Shown here piece after piece: positions 40,101 to 53,200 of a stretch of DNA of 64,000 nucleotides (position 1 is the stretch's first letter; every line of letters begins with the position of its first letter). A program made the position numbers and the translations under genes. The DNA is taken from the NCBI GenBank assembly GCA_964035545.1, contig OZ037769.1, positions 12,244,633-12,308,632 of the forward strand. The letters run 5' to 3'. The DNA is from Bugula neritina. Its lineage: Eukaryota > Animalia > Bryozoa. The notes under the pieces were generated by a model. That model saw nothing but the letters and a program-made list of their open reading frames with translations. It ran no database searches and was not told the DNA's origin.

Positions 40101-43100
40101 TACTTTCAACTCATAAAAATTTGGTGCTAAAGAAAATCTGAGGTGAAGTTGACAGTAGCAGAAGTCAAAATGAGTCATTTTCAGTTCAGTAGCCTATTCT
40201 TCACCATGTTCCAGCTTTGAAACCATTACCAAACCTTTTTATTAAAAAGCTACCTAAAACTTTGTTAGAGCTCAAGTTTACAAGCTACATTGAGTCATTA
40301 CATTACATTAGAACTTGTAGAGTGGCCTGGCAGTCATACATGTCACATGTCATTCAACAAACCAATGAGAAGAGCTCTAACAAAGGTGCTACTCATGGAG
40401 AGTGAAGACTAAAGACACACAATTATAGCACCTTGTCATACCTGTCAAAGTCTGCCAGACTGTAAACCTTAACAGTGACACTGTTAGTGGCCAGAGCAAG
40501 ATATTCCTCATTTGAGCCAAATAACTGCACATCCATGATCTCTTCGTTATTTCCAATATACTGTAACATACAACATAACAATGACATCTCTATAAATATA
40601 ATAGCAAGCATCTGGATAGAGGACAATGCCTGAATATTCAGTAAACTGTGAGTTAGTGATATCAACTGCAATACAACACAATAGCTTTATACATGCATAT
40701 GCAAGCAGCACAGATGTTTATCAAAAACAAAATTTAGAAAGTAATAAACGAACTTGTTTCTCCAGATGAAGAGTCTCGGATGAGTAGAACTGAATGTTGT
40801 GCTCGTGGTTGCTGGTGCATATCTGGTTGTGTGATGCCACGGCAAACGCCTGAGTGACGGAGTGAAGTGCAGTCTCAGAGTCGTCGGCTGCAGCGTCTGT
40901 GAGAGATTCCGGAAGCTTCTGTGTGTGAACACAGAGTCTGGTCGCACAGTTCCACACTCGCAGAGCACCTGAACATACAAACCAAACTTACACAGCTCTG
41001 AGAGGGCAGCAACAAAGCTAACATCTTTTCCAAAGAACAGTTTTTAAAATTTGAACGAACTTAAAATAGACGGAATGCTGAATAGAGTAAAAAAAGTAAC
41101 ATTTCCTATGTTGAAGTCAACTCCCAAACATGTGAATATATACCAGTGTGTCGGCATCTTAGAGGTGAGATGATGAAATCGAATCAGGTAAGAATGCAAG
41201 GAGTAAAAAGCCAAGAATTGAACTAAATCGTTGCATTACCGAAAAAATAGAAAAATTACATAAAATAGCTGCATGAATCAAGCAGACCAGTTATTCAGAC
41301 CAGTGAGAAAATATCTGTTACACAGTCATGAGAGAACACACTGGTAATCTAGTCACATGGAAACATACCTTTGCTACCAGCCGTCACCACGTGGAGGTCA
41401 TCCCTGCTTTTGACACCAATCTCACTGTTGACACACCTCTCTAGTGGTATAATGGACTCCACTGCCTAGAAGGAAAGCTAGTGTGTTGAGTGTACAGAGT
41501 ATTGTATTGTATATAGTGTGCATTGATACACTATCAGCTCCAAACTACTTGTTAATGAAATGTTACCCACATAGCATATCAATGGTTGACGATTGAGTTA
41601 TTCAACAAGACCGTATACCACTAACATTCACACTCTAAACCACACCCAATTTGTTAAGATTCAACTGCTCAGTTTTGCAAAGGCAACGCTCAACACAGAT
41701 TTATAAAGCTTGATACTTTTACAAATTACAAAACTAATAAACAAATGCAATTAAAGGCATTAGGTTTTTGTTAATAATATTTGGCCATCAAACACTGCTG
41801 TTAGGTACAGCGATTTAAATTTTTGCTTAGCTTAGTTTTCTAACTTTTGATTTAGCATTTGGGTTTTACTTAATAGACAAATAGCCTTTCATGCTAATAG
41901 ATTCCACTAGAACTAGTGCTATTCATGGAAACTGTAATTTTACAATCTATCTCAAACAGAGTATATAATTTATACTATTTATCTGAGTTGATATGAACAA
42001 ACCTCATACACTGGGATAGTATTTAATTTCTCTTTTTGTTTTATATCCCATACAAGCAGCACTTTATCCCTTCCTGAACTGAAACATATAATAACAAACT
42101 TCCTTAAAAGCCTTTTTGATATCTAACAGTTGAGTAACCAGTGTAAGAGACAAATATTTGTGTATTGATACCCCAACCACATACCAATATGTACTGTATA
42201 TATCAGCTATGTAATGGAAATTGGCCTGAGAGATATACATACTAGAAGTAGACATCAATCACAAAGACATGGACAAATGCATATAGGACAAATACTAAAA
42301 TCAAAAGTGAATTTAGACAATTAATGAAGGCAGTAAACACGTGAACTGTGAAATGATTCATATATAATGGTGGAAGAATTACAGATGAACCGAAGGAATT
42401 TAAAAAAGTATGAACAGAAAACAGAACATACACGTATATGGATAGTGCAGGGCAACCAAGAACATATATAAAGGTTACTGCGTACAAAGAGAGGAGAGAG
42501 AGATAATAGCCTTGGAACATAGATAGAGTCTTTCCTTCTTCTCTCCAACAGAATCAAGGGCTAAACTGTGTATTAGATTCTTTAGCTTATATTGTCACAT
42601 ATATAAGTAACATTAAGATTTAAATTGAGAGCATATATAAGTTTAGCAATACGAGATTGGCAGACGTATACCTTAGCTAACTGTTTCCCATATCAATAAC
42701 CTGATTGATAGTGGGCATAGGCAGTAGTGGATTACACTGTACTAATAGAAAGTATTAGTGACTTGATCTAAGTTTTCATGTTGTGCTCAACTGCTCTGTT
42801 CATACACTCCTTGATATTATAGTTCTTGGTTAACCATCCACCATCTATGTGGCAGGTAGTACTGGGTTACCTGAGTAACACTAACTGTCAGAGGTTTACC
42901 TCCAGAGTACAGAGAGTTATTCACCTGATGACGACGTCTGTATGTAGTGGATCTATCAAGATATCAGTGATGGCGGAGAAGTGACCCTCCAAACAAGCAA
43001 GGCACTCGCTATTCGGCAGGTTCCACACTCTGATGTGAAGATCCAAAGCAGCCGACAGCAACCGGACTCCTTCTGGGTGGAACTTCACGGCTCTATTCAA

Positions 43101-46100
43101 AGTAAAGTAAAGGAAAGACCTGACATTCAGGTAAGTTCAGTGTCGAATAGAAAATTTTATTGACACAAATTTGAGAGTTTTAAAGTGCAGAACAATTATG
43201 AGTATTTAAGATTAAAGACGTTCCTTTAATCTTGCCAATTTGCATTCTCCACCTATTGCACAAAATAGAAAACATTTCTTTAAAGTTCACATTGCATATA
43301 ATATTAATTCAGGTTGAAAATTTCTCCATCTCAAATCTATGCAGTTTTTGCCACAGCAGTTTAGTCCAGAAATTAAATAAGCAACCACAAGCCACTTCCT
43401 TTAGCTGCTGTCACCACTGACAACTTTTAGCTACTAGAATGGTAGAAGCTTTATCACTTTAATTAGCTAAATTGAAAAACAACTTTAGCAAAGTTACTTA
43501 GACAATATTAAAGCTCCAGACTGGTATATTATCATATACCACTAAATCTGATTTGTTACATATAGAAGTAATAACCAATCAAATACCTACGTGATGACAC
43601 CGGTGTGACCTTTGAGGTTGTGAGTCCAGTATTTTCGATCAATATCCCATATTTTGATAGATTTATCACTAGAGCCAGAAGCAAGCAAGGTGGACGTCTG
43701 CTCAATGGTCATCTCCAGTATCGGTCCATCATGAATACTCTGAATATCACAGTACACACAGTATACAGTCACAGTACGCATAGTCACAGTACACACAGTC
43801 ACAGTACACACAGTATACAGTCACCTTCTTAGGTATTATAATAGATTCACATCTTTCTTGGCAACAACATTGCAGCAAACTTTGTCAAAACCTAAGGCCC
43901 TTAGTAGGCTTGATAAGTAAATGTTCCAATCACCTACCTAGAAAAATTCTAATACAAATATATAACTCTTTTGTAAATTCTAAACTAACATATTGCCTAG
44001 AATCGTGGGGTAATGCAGCAAACATTTATCTTGAACCACTACATTTACTGCAAAAGAAAATACTGAGAATTATATATAAAAAGCATCACCTTTCCCCATC
44101 TAAACCACTGTTTCTTAGTTCTTCAATCATGCCTATTCACACCCTACACAAATTCAAACTAATACTGCTCTCACATAAACTTTACTATTCTCAACTAACA
44201 CATCTCACACATAACTATCCCACAAGATTTTCAGAGTTCAGCCTACAAACTCCTCCATCATCAACTGCTGCAGGTCAACGAAGAGTGGAATTCCAATGTT
44301 CGACGCTATGGAATAAATTGCCTAGTTCTATTCGTGCTGTGGGGAGGGAGGCTGGTTTCAAACTTGCCCTGAGAGACCATCTAATGGCAAATTTCCAGAT
44401 AAAAAAATAATACTTTTTAAGTTGCTAAAACTTCAAAAAAACCTAAACAAAAATCTTATATAACTGTCAACGATTCATGGCTCGGTGCCTCGACTAGCTA
44501 CAGTGCTATTGCGCCATAGGCCCTGTCATTTTGTTTATTTTTTTCTCAATTAATTTTTTCCCTACTATGACAAAATAAAAACAAACAAACAGTACACACA
44601 GTCACAGTACACACAGTCACAGTACAGTATACAGTCACAGTACACACAGTATACAGTCACAGTACACACAGTCACAGTACACACAGTATACAGTCACAGT
44701 ATACACAGTCACAGTATACAGTCACAGTATACACAGTCACAGTATACAATCACAGTATACACAGTATACAGTCACAATACACAGTCACAGTACACACAGT
44801 ATACAGTCACAGTATACACAGTCACAGTATACACAGTCACAGTATACAGTCACAGTATACAATCACAGTATACACAGTATACAGTCACAATACACAGTCA
44901 CAGTACACACAGTATACAGTCACACTATACACAGTATACACAGTATATACAGTCACAGTACACACAGTATATACAGTCACAGTATACACAGTCACAGCAC
45001 ACAGTATACAGTCACAGTATACACAGTCACAGTACACACAGTCACAGTATACACAGTCACAGTATACACAGTCACAGTACACAGTATACACAGTATACAG
45101 TCACAGTACACACAGTCACAGTATACAGTCACAGTACACAGTATACACAGTCACAGTATACACAGTCATAGTACACACAGTCACAGTACACACAGTCACA
45201 GTATACACAGTCACAGTATACACAGTCACAGTATATACAGTCACAGTACACATAGTCACAGTACACAGCCACAGTATATACAGCATAGTACACGGAAGAT
45301 GATGGACTTCAAGGAAACAACAAGCTTAGAATTTATTATATCATCGCCTTTGAGCGTTGATACTTTTGGGATGATACTTTTTTAAAAAAAGGATGAGAGA
45401 GTTTGACTGAAGTAACAACTTATTATCACAAGTTAACTGTTGCAAAAGATAAGGAATGATAGTTCAAGTTACAGAATGCACAGTCAGCGCTTAATCTTAA
45501 TGAATAATTACACAGTGGAAGTAAATTTGTCAAAAGTTCATGGAATATTTCAATTTAGAAAAAAAAATTCAAAAGCACATTAAAAAAATATTTAGCTATT
45601 CCATTTAAATCGTTCTAGAGAAAGCAAGACAGAAATAAATCAACCAACCTTCCAAGACCTAGTGACAGTGTTATTCTTCCAGTCCCAGAGTTTGAGTAAT
45701 CTATTTTCCGAGGCTACCACGAGACTCTCATCATCGGGAGTGACACAGAAACAAGTGACCGCAGGGTCATCGTCCTAAAGCACAAGATGGTAGCAAATAC
45801 AAATATACTCTGTACAAACAATTGTTTATGACAAATAATCTTTGTTAATTATAGAAATCATGACCTAGATGGATGTGTACCCAAAGTAAAATAATTGAAG
45901 ATGCTTCTTGCAATCTCTCAATACCACAGATATACCTCTGGACATGTACGGATAGCTTACAAGAGAAATAAATTACAAGTTTATTTTAAAGCATCATCAT
46001 TCTATGGTAATTCGGGGTGAAGAATATAACACGGTTCACACTTCCCATATATTGACAAAACTGTCTCAAATTATGTACTATTGTAACCATATTTTAGAGA

Positions 46101-46911
46101 ACAAGAACTGGTGAATAGGAATTTGTAGAGGAAAGACAGCATTACACAGAGCTGACCTCCTCTATTGTGGACACAACCAGTCCAGTATCCATGTCAATGA
46201 CCTTGACAGCGTTTCTACATGTTGTGAGGAGATAACTCCCATCAGATGTGACGTGAATCTTGCCTCCAGTGTAGAAAGCTGTCTGTTTAAACTCAACTTC
46301 ATAACTGAAATTACAGAATAACGAGTTTAATTACCACAATAATCATTTCCAATACCTTCACTGCCCATCATAATCAGTACCAGTCATCAACTATGTTGAT
46401 ATCACGTAAACAGAGAGAAACAAATAAGTGAACTAACTTGAAAATACTTTTCATTCACAGTTAGACAAAATACTTTTATCTACTTCAAATAGAAACCAAT
46501 TAGACGGTTAGTGAAAAGTTTGAAATCCCATTTACTGCATTTTAGTGTGCAAGATGGCCCAACTGATAAAAAATAAACCACTAGAGAAGCTAGCAGTAAG
46601 CACGCTACCTCCATGGCAATAAAAGTGCAGACCAAATCATGTATCTTCAAACTAAACAAACTCAAACTGCAAAAATTGAAAGTTGAAGCCTCCAAAATGA
46701 ATAGCAAATGTATGAACTCACACTCTACATTCAAAGCAATTATTAAATACGAATCTTTTAGGTAAAAGTTGTTTAAATAGATAAAGACAAAGTTATTTAA
46801 AATTGTTTTACTAGACTACATCTCTATTGAACTTTTAGAAAAAATATGTTAATCAGCTAAGAATACAGCTTACCTCTCCTTTGGAATCTTCTTAGTTGAT
46901 TGATGAAGCAT
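34154..46911 (-). CDS. TBL3: Transducin beta-like protein 3 / UTP13 (WD40 repeats + Utp13 C-terminal domain; SSU processome), 20 exons
   Basis: Exons approximately 46874-46911, 46157-46304, 45648-45774, 43591-43739, 42926-43092, 42003-42078, 41369-41466, 40753-40968, 40442-40560, 39712-39900, 39239-39441, 37936-38025, 37686-37754, 37315-37385, 36670-36828, 36188-36247, 35685-35789, 35032-35100, 34437-34596, 34154-34264. Peptides FYTGGKI, STLLASGSSDKSIKIWD, SSGRDKV, GNNEEIMDV, AHDRDINSVDMSPNDRLVLTGSRDKTAK, GHTRGIW..KFSPVDQ, QQELSNL, WNTNSKTCHEAQ, EGLLPYTERHYQR match TBL3. Confidence 0.95.
34330..34440. repeat. ~20-bp repeat x6 containing the TBL3 exon-19 donor (CAG|GTATAT)
   Basis: acctg at 34353, 34373, 34395, 34415 and 34435; atctg variant at 34333. 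Confidence 0.9.
34783..34916. repeat. (ACT/GCT/ACC)n trinucleotide tract
   Basis: Direct reading; intronic. Confidence 0.9.
36547..36640. repeat. ~19-bp minisatellite (GTACATCACTGTGGTACAT)x5
   Basis: Direct periodicity in a TBL3 intron. Confidence 0.9.
36880..37122. repeat. ~21-bp minisatellite (ATACAATGTGTAGTATATATACC-like)
   Basis: Direct periodicity in a TBL3 intron. Confidence 0.9.
37411..37686. repeat. 20-bp minisatellite x~14 containing the TBL3 exon-13 donor (G|GTAAATGTG)
   Basis: Unit gagatgacacatttaccatt, with higher-order 60-bp grouping; the last unit is the real donor at 37685. Confidence 0.92.
38044..39188. repeat. 28-bp minisatellite x~41 (GGTAGAACTATACAGTATACTGTGTGGA)
   Basis: Period 28; each unit contains the palindrome ACAGTATACTGT; fills nearly the whole intron. 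Confidence 0.97.
39441..39500. repeat. 24-bp repeat x3 containing the TBL3 exon-11 acceptor (CATATCTGCAG)
   Basis: ctgcagatatg at 39442, 39466 and 39489. Confidence 0.85.
39617..39718. repeat. ~29-bp repeat x4 containing the TBL3 exon-10 donor (AACTAG|GTCAGT)
   Basis: actgacctagtt-like motif recurs with actgaatagtaa spacers. Confidence 0.85.
43748..45290. repeat. (CACAGT/ACAGTAT)n compound microsatellite interrupted by a LINE
   Basis: Direct reading on both sides of the insertion (43748-43824 and 44590-45290). Confidence 0.95.
43825..44590 (+). mobile_element. 5'-truncated CR1/L2-group LINE (RT C-terminus, 3' UTR, AAAC tail)
   Basis: ORF 43910-44410 IYNSFVNSKLTYCLESWGN...LQKKILRII...TLWNKLPSSIR...FK, uninterrupted, followed by a 3' UTR ending aaataaaaacaaacaaac. 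Antisense to TBL3. Confidence 0.88.
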
Positions 46912-49900
46912 GCTTGAACGAGATCTCATATATTGGAAATAAACTGCGACAAAAATAACCAGATTTAATGAAAATAAACACCAACATTTAGACAGCTCTT
47001 AAAGATTTTTTGCAATAAAAGTCAAGTAATTAAAAAAGATTATAATTGTCAAGTAACAAGAGAATTAAATAAAAAACTAAATATTTGATAGAAGGTTATT
47101 GGGTCAGAATTAAAAGTAATACACATAAAATACCTCTAACATAAAAATATAAGAAATGAAAGAAACAATCAAATGTAAAACTAAATGTTACCAATTAAAT
47201 GTGGTTCCCATCCACCCTAAGATAATTGTAATTGACAGTCGCATGATTCATAATAATCGATATAAGAGCAATAGTGGATATAATAATGAAATATTTGTAA
47301 ATATAGTAACAACTAAATATGTGTTATGCATCATTATTTTAATTTATAAATATAATAAATAATTTAACAGTGACATGATTATGATATTAATTCGAGTTCA
47401 TAAATTTTCCAGTTTTAGTATTTTATTGTTAGATCGACATTACTAACCATTTATAATCATTTTATCATTTATACTCCTTTATAATCAGTTTATAATCAAC
47501 AAAATTGACAGAATATCAATATGAATATAATAATAAATAATATGATATCAAATTTTGTCTAACAATAGAATTATAAATATAATCCTTATTTCAATCTCAA
47601 GCAAAAAAGTAAAGGAAAGATTAAATTTGAAGTTGAATGAAATATACCAAAATTACCAATACTAGTCTAAAAAGTAGAAGTAGTAGTACTGCTGTACTTC
47701 AAAGTAAAGTTTAATTTTGATCACATTTCTTGGAAATTGGTGGGTGATTACTAAAAGTGAGAACTTATGAAAGGACAAATATTTTAATTCATTAATTTAG
47801 TGCCACCACTATGATTTTAGTTTTAAATTTACTCTGTTTCCTTACTCTTTAGCTTGATATTTCATAAGGTTAATAAGTATAATCACGTTACGTTAGTCAG
47901 TTACTAAGTTAGTGGTACACTTGCAGTAACACATTTGCACTAAGTCTTAGAAAAACTTTTAGTTAATTTACACTTATACTTAAAACAATACTAATATGAA
48001 TACACTTATAGTTAGTGTTACAGTAAATTTCATAGTTATTGAAATCGTACAGTTATTGCTTCAGCTTATGTCTTATCATTATCATTATGTGCTATGCCCT
48101 ATGGCAATCAATAAATTGAAAACCTGATTTATTATCACATGGTTATCATTATGATTGTAAGATTGTATTTGTCATTGAGAATGACTCATTGAATGGGAAT
48201 GACTACGAGTATCAGTATCACTATGACTATCATACTGATACTGTGTGACTGTGGACTAGCAGTAGCCCTAGGAGTAGGAGTAGGTAGTCGTGATTTTTGG
48301 TCTCATTTGCCGTCATTAGACATATAACCTATCATTTTAATTTAAAAACCCAACATCCACGAGCGGCTTTTTGAAGTTGGTCTAAACACTAAGCCTAGAT
48401 TTACAAATGCAATCACTGTTGGAGTTACCAAACTTCAATTGAGCCATGCTTAGCCACATGTGAGCAACCCACATAACACTACCGGAATTGCGGTTTTAAT
48501 GCCAGTAGCGGACTCGCTTTTTTCAACCTCTCAAATCTTCTAATTCATAAATTCTATAGCGCACACTTGCTTCTCGCAGGCTGCAAAGTCACTCATCTAA
48601 TAGTAATACTAATAGTAATATCAATATGCTCATTATGAATATTCCAATTTGCTAATGATCTTCACAACACCGTGATCATGATTATTATAAATAATCAAAA
48701 TCATAATCATAATCATAATGATTAATTATTTTTAAAATAAAAATAAGATTAATCAACACAGAATGACAGATTGCGATTAACTTTAAGTTTAAGATATGAA
48801 ATAGATAGAATAATATTTAATTTTATAGTTATACTAATTTACTCACTTATACTGATAGTACTACTACTAGTAGTACATTTAATTTTATAATAATAGCTAT
48901 AGCTTATATTTATAAATTATAACAATTTTTGTTATAAAATGAAATATCATTATCATTATGATTATGATATTGATTATCAACTAAAACTTATTTTTATACT
49001 TATACTTATACTTATAGTTATAGTGATAGTCAATTTAAAATATAAATTACTAACATTAATAACCAATTACTATTAGTATTAGTAAAACTAAATCAGAATG
49101 TTGATGTATCTTTGAACAGCTTCTCCCTAAAGGCAAAGCCTACTAACTGTACTAAGTACTAATACTTATAGTTATATTTATAAGGCATACTAGTACTGAT
49201 ACTTATAAAAAATATGGTAATTTAATTCTAACAAGTTTGACATTATTAAGCTCTAAGTATATACTTAATCTTATAGTTATAGTTATACTTATAGCTCATA
49301 CATAAGACTAAGTTGTGAATAAAATATATTGATTTTAAATGTTCACGGTTAGGCAACCTATAAAATAAAAATTACAGTGCATAAACTTTACAACTGAAGT
49401 TTCAAAACTTGAAAAGTGACTGAACAAATTCAGAAGCTGACCTTGAATAAATACATACACTTGCAGCTGTTTAGCTGTAAGTTTTCAATTAAATTGATGC
49501 TTTAGGCTCAGCTTGTTATCTCTCTATCTCTTAGATTGCTTGCTGCCCCTGATATCTCCTCTCTGAGGAATGTTGCTTTCTTACCTTCTATTATAGTATT
49601 GCAATTACATTTAAGCATTTACTGTATCATTTTTTGAATATTGAAAATCTATGAGCAACTAACCAATGATTTTCAGGGCTTGTTTACAATTAATATTTCA
49701 AAAATTCATTTAAGATGGAAGTTTCATTGTATTTTTCCTTGTAGAATAATGTTTTGGATTTCAGAAAATTACCAACGTTTTTTACACACATTGCAGGCTT
49801 TACCTATTGCAGTACATTTATCGCTAATTTTTTAAGTGAATGGTACACTGGATTATTTATGTAAATGTCATGATTCTAATTAAATTTTCATTTCCTAAAC

Positions 49901-50238
49901 CGGGGTATTTATTTTTTTAAAGAGCTATCATGCCAGTTGATTGGATTTATGTAAGATTGTAAAACTGTGAACAGAAAAGTTCCATTATTCTCAGCATAGC
50001 GGAACTATGTTATTTATAGTTTTAGCTTTTTTCTACAATGCCAGCATAGGACTACATGAAACCTGGCCATTTTCACTCAGCAGTACTCAAACTAGTAGAT
50101 GATGCACAATATAGCGCCGGCTACATTTTTCATTATATACAACAGCCATAAATAGCGCAGTTATAAACTTCACACACCAAATCTTATTTTTGTTAAAATT
50201 TGTTTGTGGTTATTTTGTAGAACAAAAACAATACCTTT

Positions 50239-53200
50239 ATGGACAACTCAACGAGTGGTATGTACATGCAGCCTATGACAGACTTATTGTAAACATTCAA
50301 ATTTAAACGAAATTAGTAGAACCCAACGGCATTAGATTTTATGGCAATAATTCATACCTGAAGTATAATGTAAGTTAACATACCACAGTTGCTTTGCAAA
50401 GACTATCTATTCAGCAATGCAAGAATACTGTAAGTGCATAAGTGTTGCTATAAGTAGGTGTATTTGTTCTCTTCAGGTAAAATTGAGGATGCAACTCCTG
50501 TGTTGAATACTCACCAGCCTGAAGCTCACTCTACTACATTTGAACAGGTAAACCTCATGCTCTTTAATTTAATTGAGCAGGTTTTGGTTTACTGTTTATA
50601 ACTTTACAAATATTAGCCAGTTATGAGTTATAACTTGGATAACTATGTCATCATTAACTATATCTTAATTTTTGTCACTGTATTTTTTAAAGATTCTTTT
50701 ACACACGTCATGTACGCAGTATTGAAATATTCATATACATCCTAGCTATTATTTTTAGGTGAATGACAAGATGGAGTCATCTGTTGACAGCAAGAATGAG
50801 TCATCTGTTGACAGCAAGAATGAGTCATCTGTTGACAGCAAGAATGAGTCATCTGTTGACAGCAAGAATGAGTCACCTGTTGACAATAAGAATGAGTCAT
50901 CTGTTGACAATAAGAATAAGTCATCTGTTGACAGTAAGAATGAGTCATCTGTTGACAGCAAGAATGAGTCATCTGTTGACAATAAGAATGAGTCATCTGT
51001 TGACAGCAAAAATGCGTCATCTGGTGACAGCAAGATGGAGTCATCTGTTGACAGTAAGATAAATGGACAATCTGCTGACAAGAAGGAAAGTGTCTCAACT
51101 GATAGTGTTCATGCTAATCCAGATCTCCAGAACAAACTGCAAGGGCAGACTGACAGTGTTACTCCTTCAGAGCCAACTAAACTCGGTGTTGAACCACCTC
51201 AGTCTAACATTGCGGAGGGGGGTGCCGTACCCACTGGTAAAAGTGGCGAAGAGGGAGAAGCAAAGACTGTAGAACCTACAGTTTCGGTGTCCAACACACC
51301 AGCAGGTGACCATAAAGATTCAAATGGCAAAGCTACATCTGATACTTCTGTAGTTACATCTGATAAACCTGTGAATGCAGCTGATAAACCTGTGAATACA
51401 GCTGAAACACCTGTGAATACAGCTGAAACACCTATGAGTACACCTAGCGAACCTGTAGCTGCACCTGCTACTGAAGTAGTCACACCTGTAACTTCACCTG
51501 ATACGGCTGTAAGCTTGTCTGAAACACCCGTGAATTCATCTGTAGTTACACATACTACTACAGAAAGTACACCCACAGCTACATTGGTTGCTTCAATGAA
51601 CAGTTCTGTTTCTACAACAAACACACCTGTTACTACAGTAAGTCTAACGTCTTCGGCACCCACCACTGAGATCAACAGCTCTGTAACATTGCCGGATACT
51701 AAAGTTGATTGTAAAGCAGAAGAAGCTGCAGAACCAATGGAAACAAAGGATTCATCCGAAGAAAGCGCTGGTGCTTCTACACAAACTCAAAAGACTGTTG
51801 AAGGTTCAACAGTTAAAAAGAGAGGACGGGGTCGACCTCCTAAATCCGCCACTGCTTCCACTCCTGTTGAAAGAGAGGCTAGCAGACGTAAGTTGCTTGT
51901 TTTAGGAAATCACAGAACATGAGGGCGGGCTGTTCGCAACAATATTAGTAGTGTAGCTATGTTGTAAACTTAGAGCTAGGGCTATAGCCTGTGAAATCTC
52001 AAATTAAGTTCCCACTTTTCTCACAGTTTTAAGTAAGTGAGACCAGTAGAAAAGCAGCATTTTATTTGTAAAACAAAGGTGGAAATGAGTGAAGATAGGC
52101 CATGTTGTGTTTCAAACAGGTGTATTGATCATAAAATAATTTACAATGAAAACTGTAGAAGTGTTACCACCTTATATATTAACTTGCACAGAAAAGCTGA
52201 TATAGCTGTATATAAATAAACAAAACAAGCGCTGAAGCTAACATGAAAAAGCCATTACATCTTTTGGCTTTATGCAATGTCAGGCTATAACATCTCCCTA
52301 CTAGCTTAAAGTACTATGTCTCTTTTAGCGTCTAGTTTGCCATCGGGTTCTGGTTGAACGTCTTGGATGGTCCCGGGTATATTCATCACCATCTGGTTGT
52401 CTAGGATTGCGTCTAGGTTGTGAGGGTACAGGATCTGGCTCTGGTGTTTTCTCTTGTTGTGCAGTATTTTCAGTGGTAACCATCAAATCATCAGGTGGCT
52501 CTGTATCTTCTGTACTGGAATGTCGTGGACAGAGTTGGTCAATGTGTCGTTTCCAAACTGGTCCTTTAGGTATGACTTTCACATTCACAGAGCGGCTCCC
52601 CAAAACTTTGATCACAACTGCCTTGATCCACTTGGGTTGTCTGTCTCTTCTAGGCCCATAGTATAGAGCATAGCAAGGCGTTTCAACTGTGTAGCAGTGT
52701 AGTTTGTTGGTAGTCTTGTTCTGTTGCATCTGATGTCTTTGAGATAGGTGTGCTGGAGAGGGAAGTAGAACATCTATTTTGGTTCTGATCTGTCGCCCAT
52801 TCAGTAGCTCACTTGGAGAAAATCCATAAGGCAATGGTGTTCTTCTGTATTGCATTAGGAACTCTTGGAGGGCCTCCCTGGGTGGAAGTGTAGACTTTCT
52901 CAGCGACTGCTTGAAGGATTCTACTAGTCGTTCTGCTGCTCCATTGGTAGCGGGATGATAAGGTGCTCCTCTTAGGTTGACAATTCCTCGATCTTTACAC
53001 CACTGTTGGAATTCTTCTGACGTGAAACTGGGTCCATTATCTGTCACTATGGTATGAGGGTAACCAAAGTGAGTGAAGTCTGTCTCCAATAAGTTAGTTG
53101 TCATCTTGGTTGATATAGAGCTCGTAGGATGAATGCAAGGATACTTGGTGAATGCATCCACAAGCACTAGCCAATTTGTTCCCATAAAGTTGATTGCATG

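Noticed and set aside
50742-51675. Cys-rich (CCQQMTHS)n and other overlapping ORFs
   Set aside because: Antisense or shifted frames of the DEK coding repeat exon.
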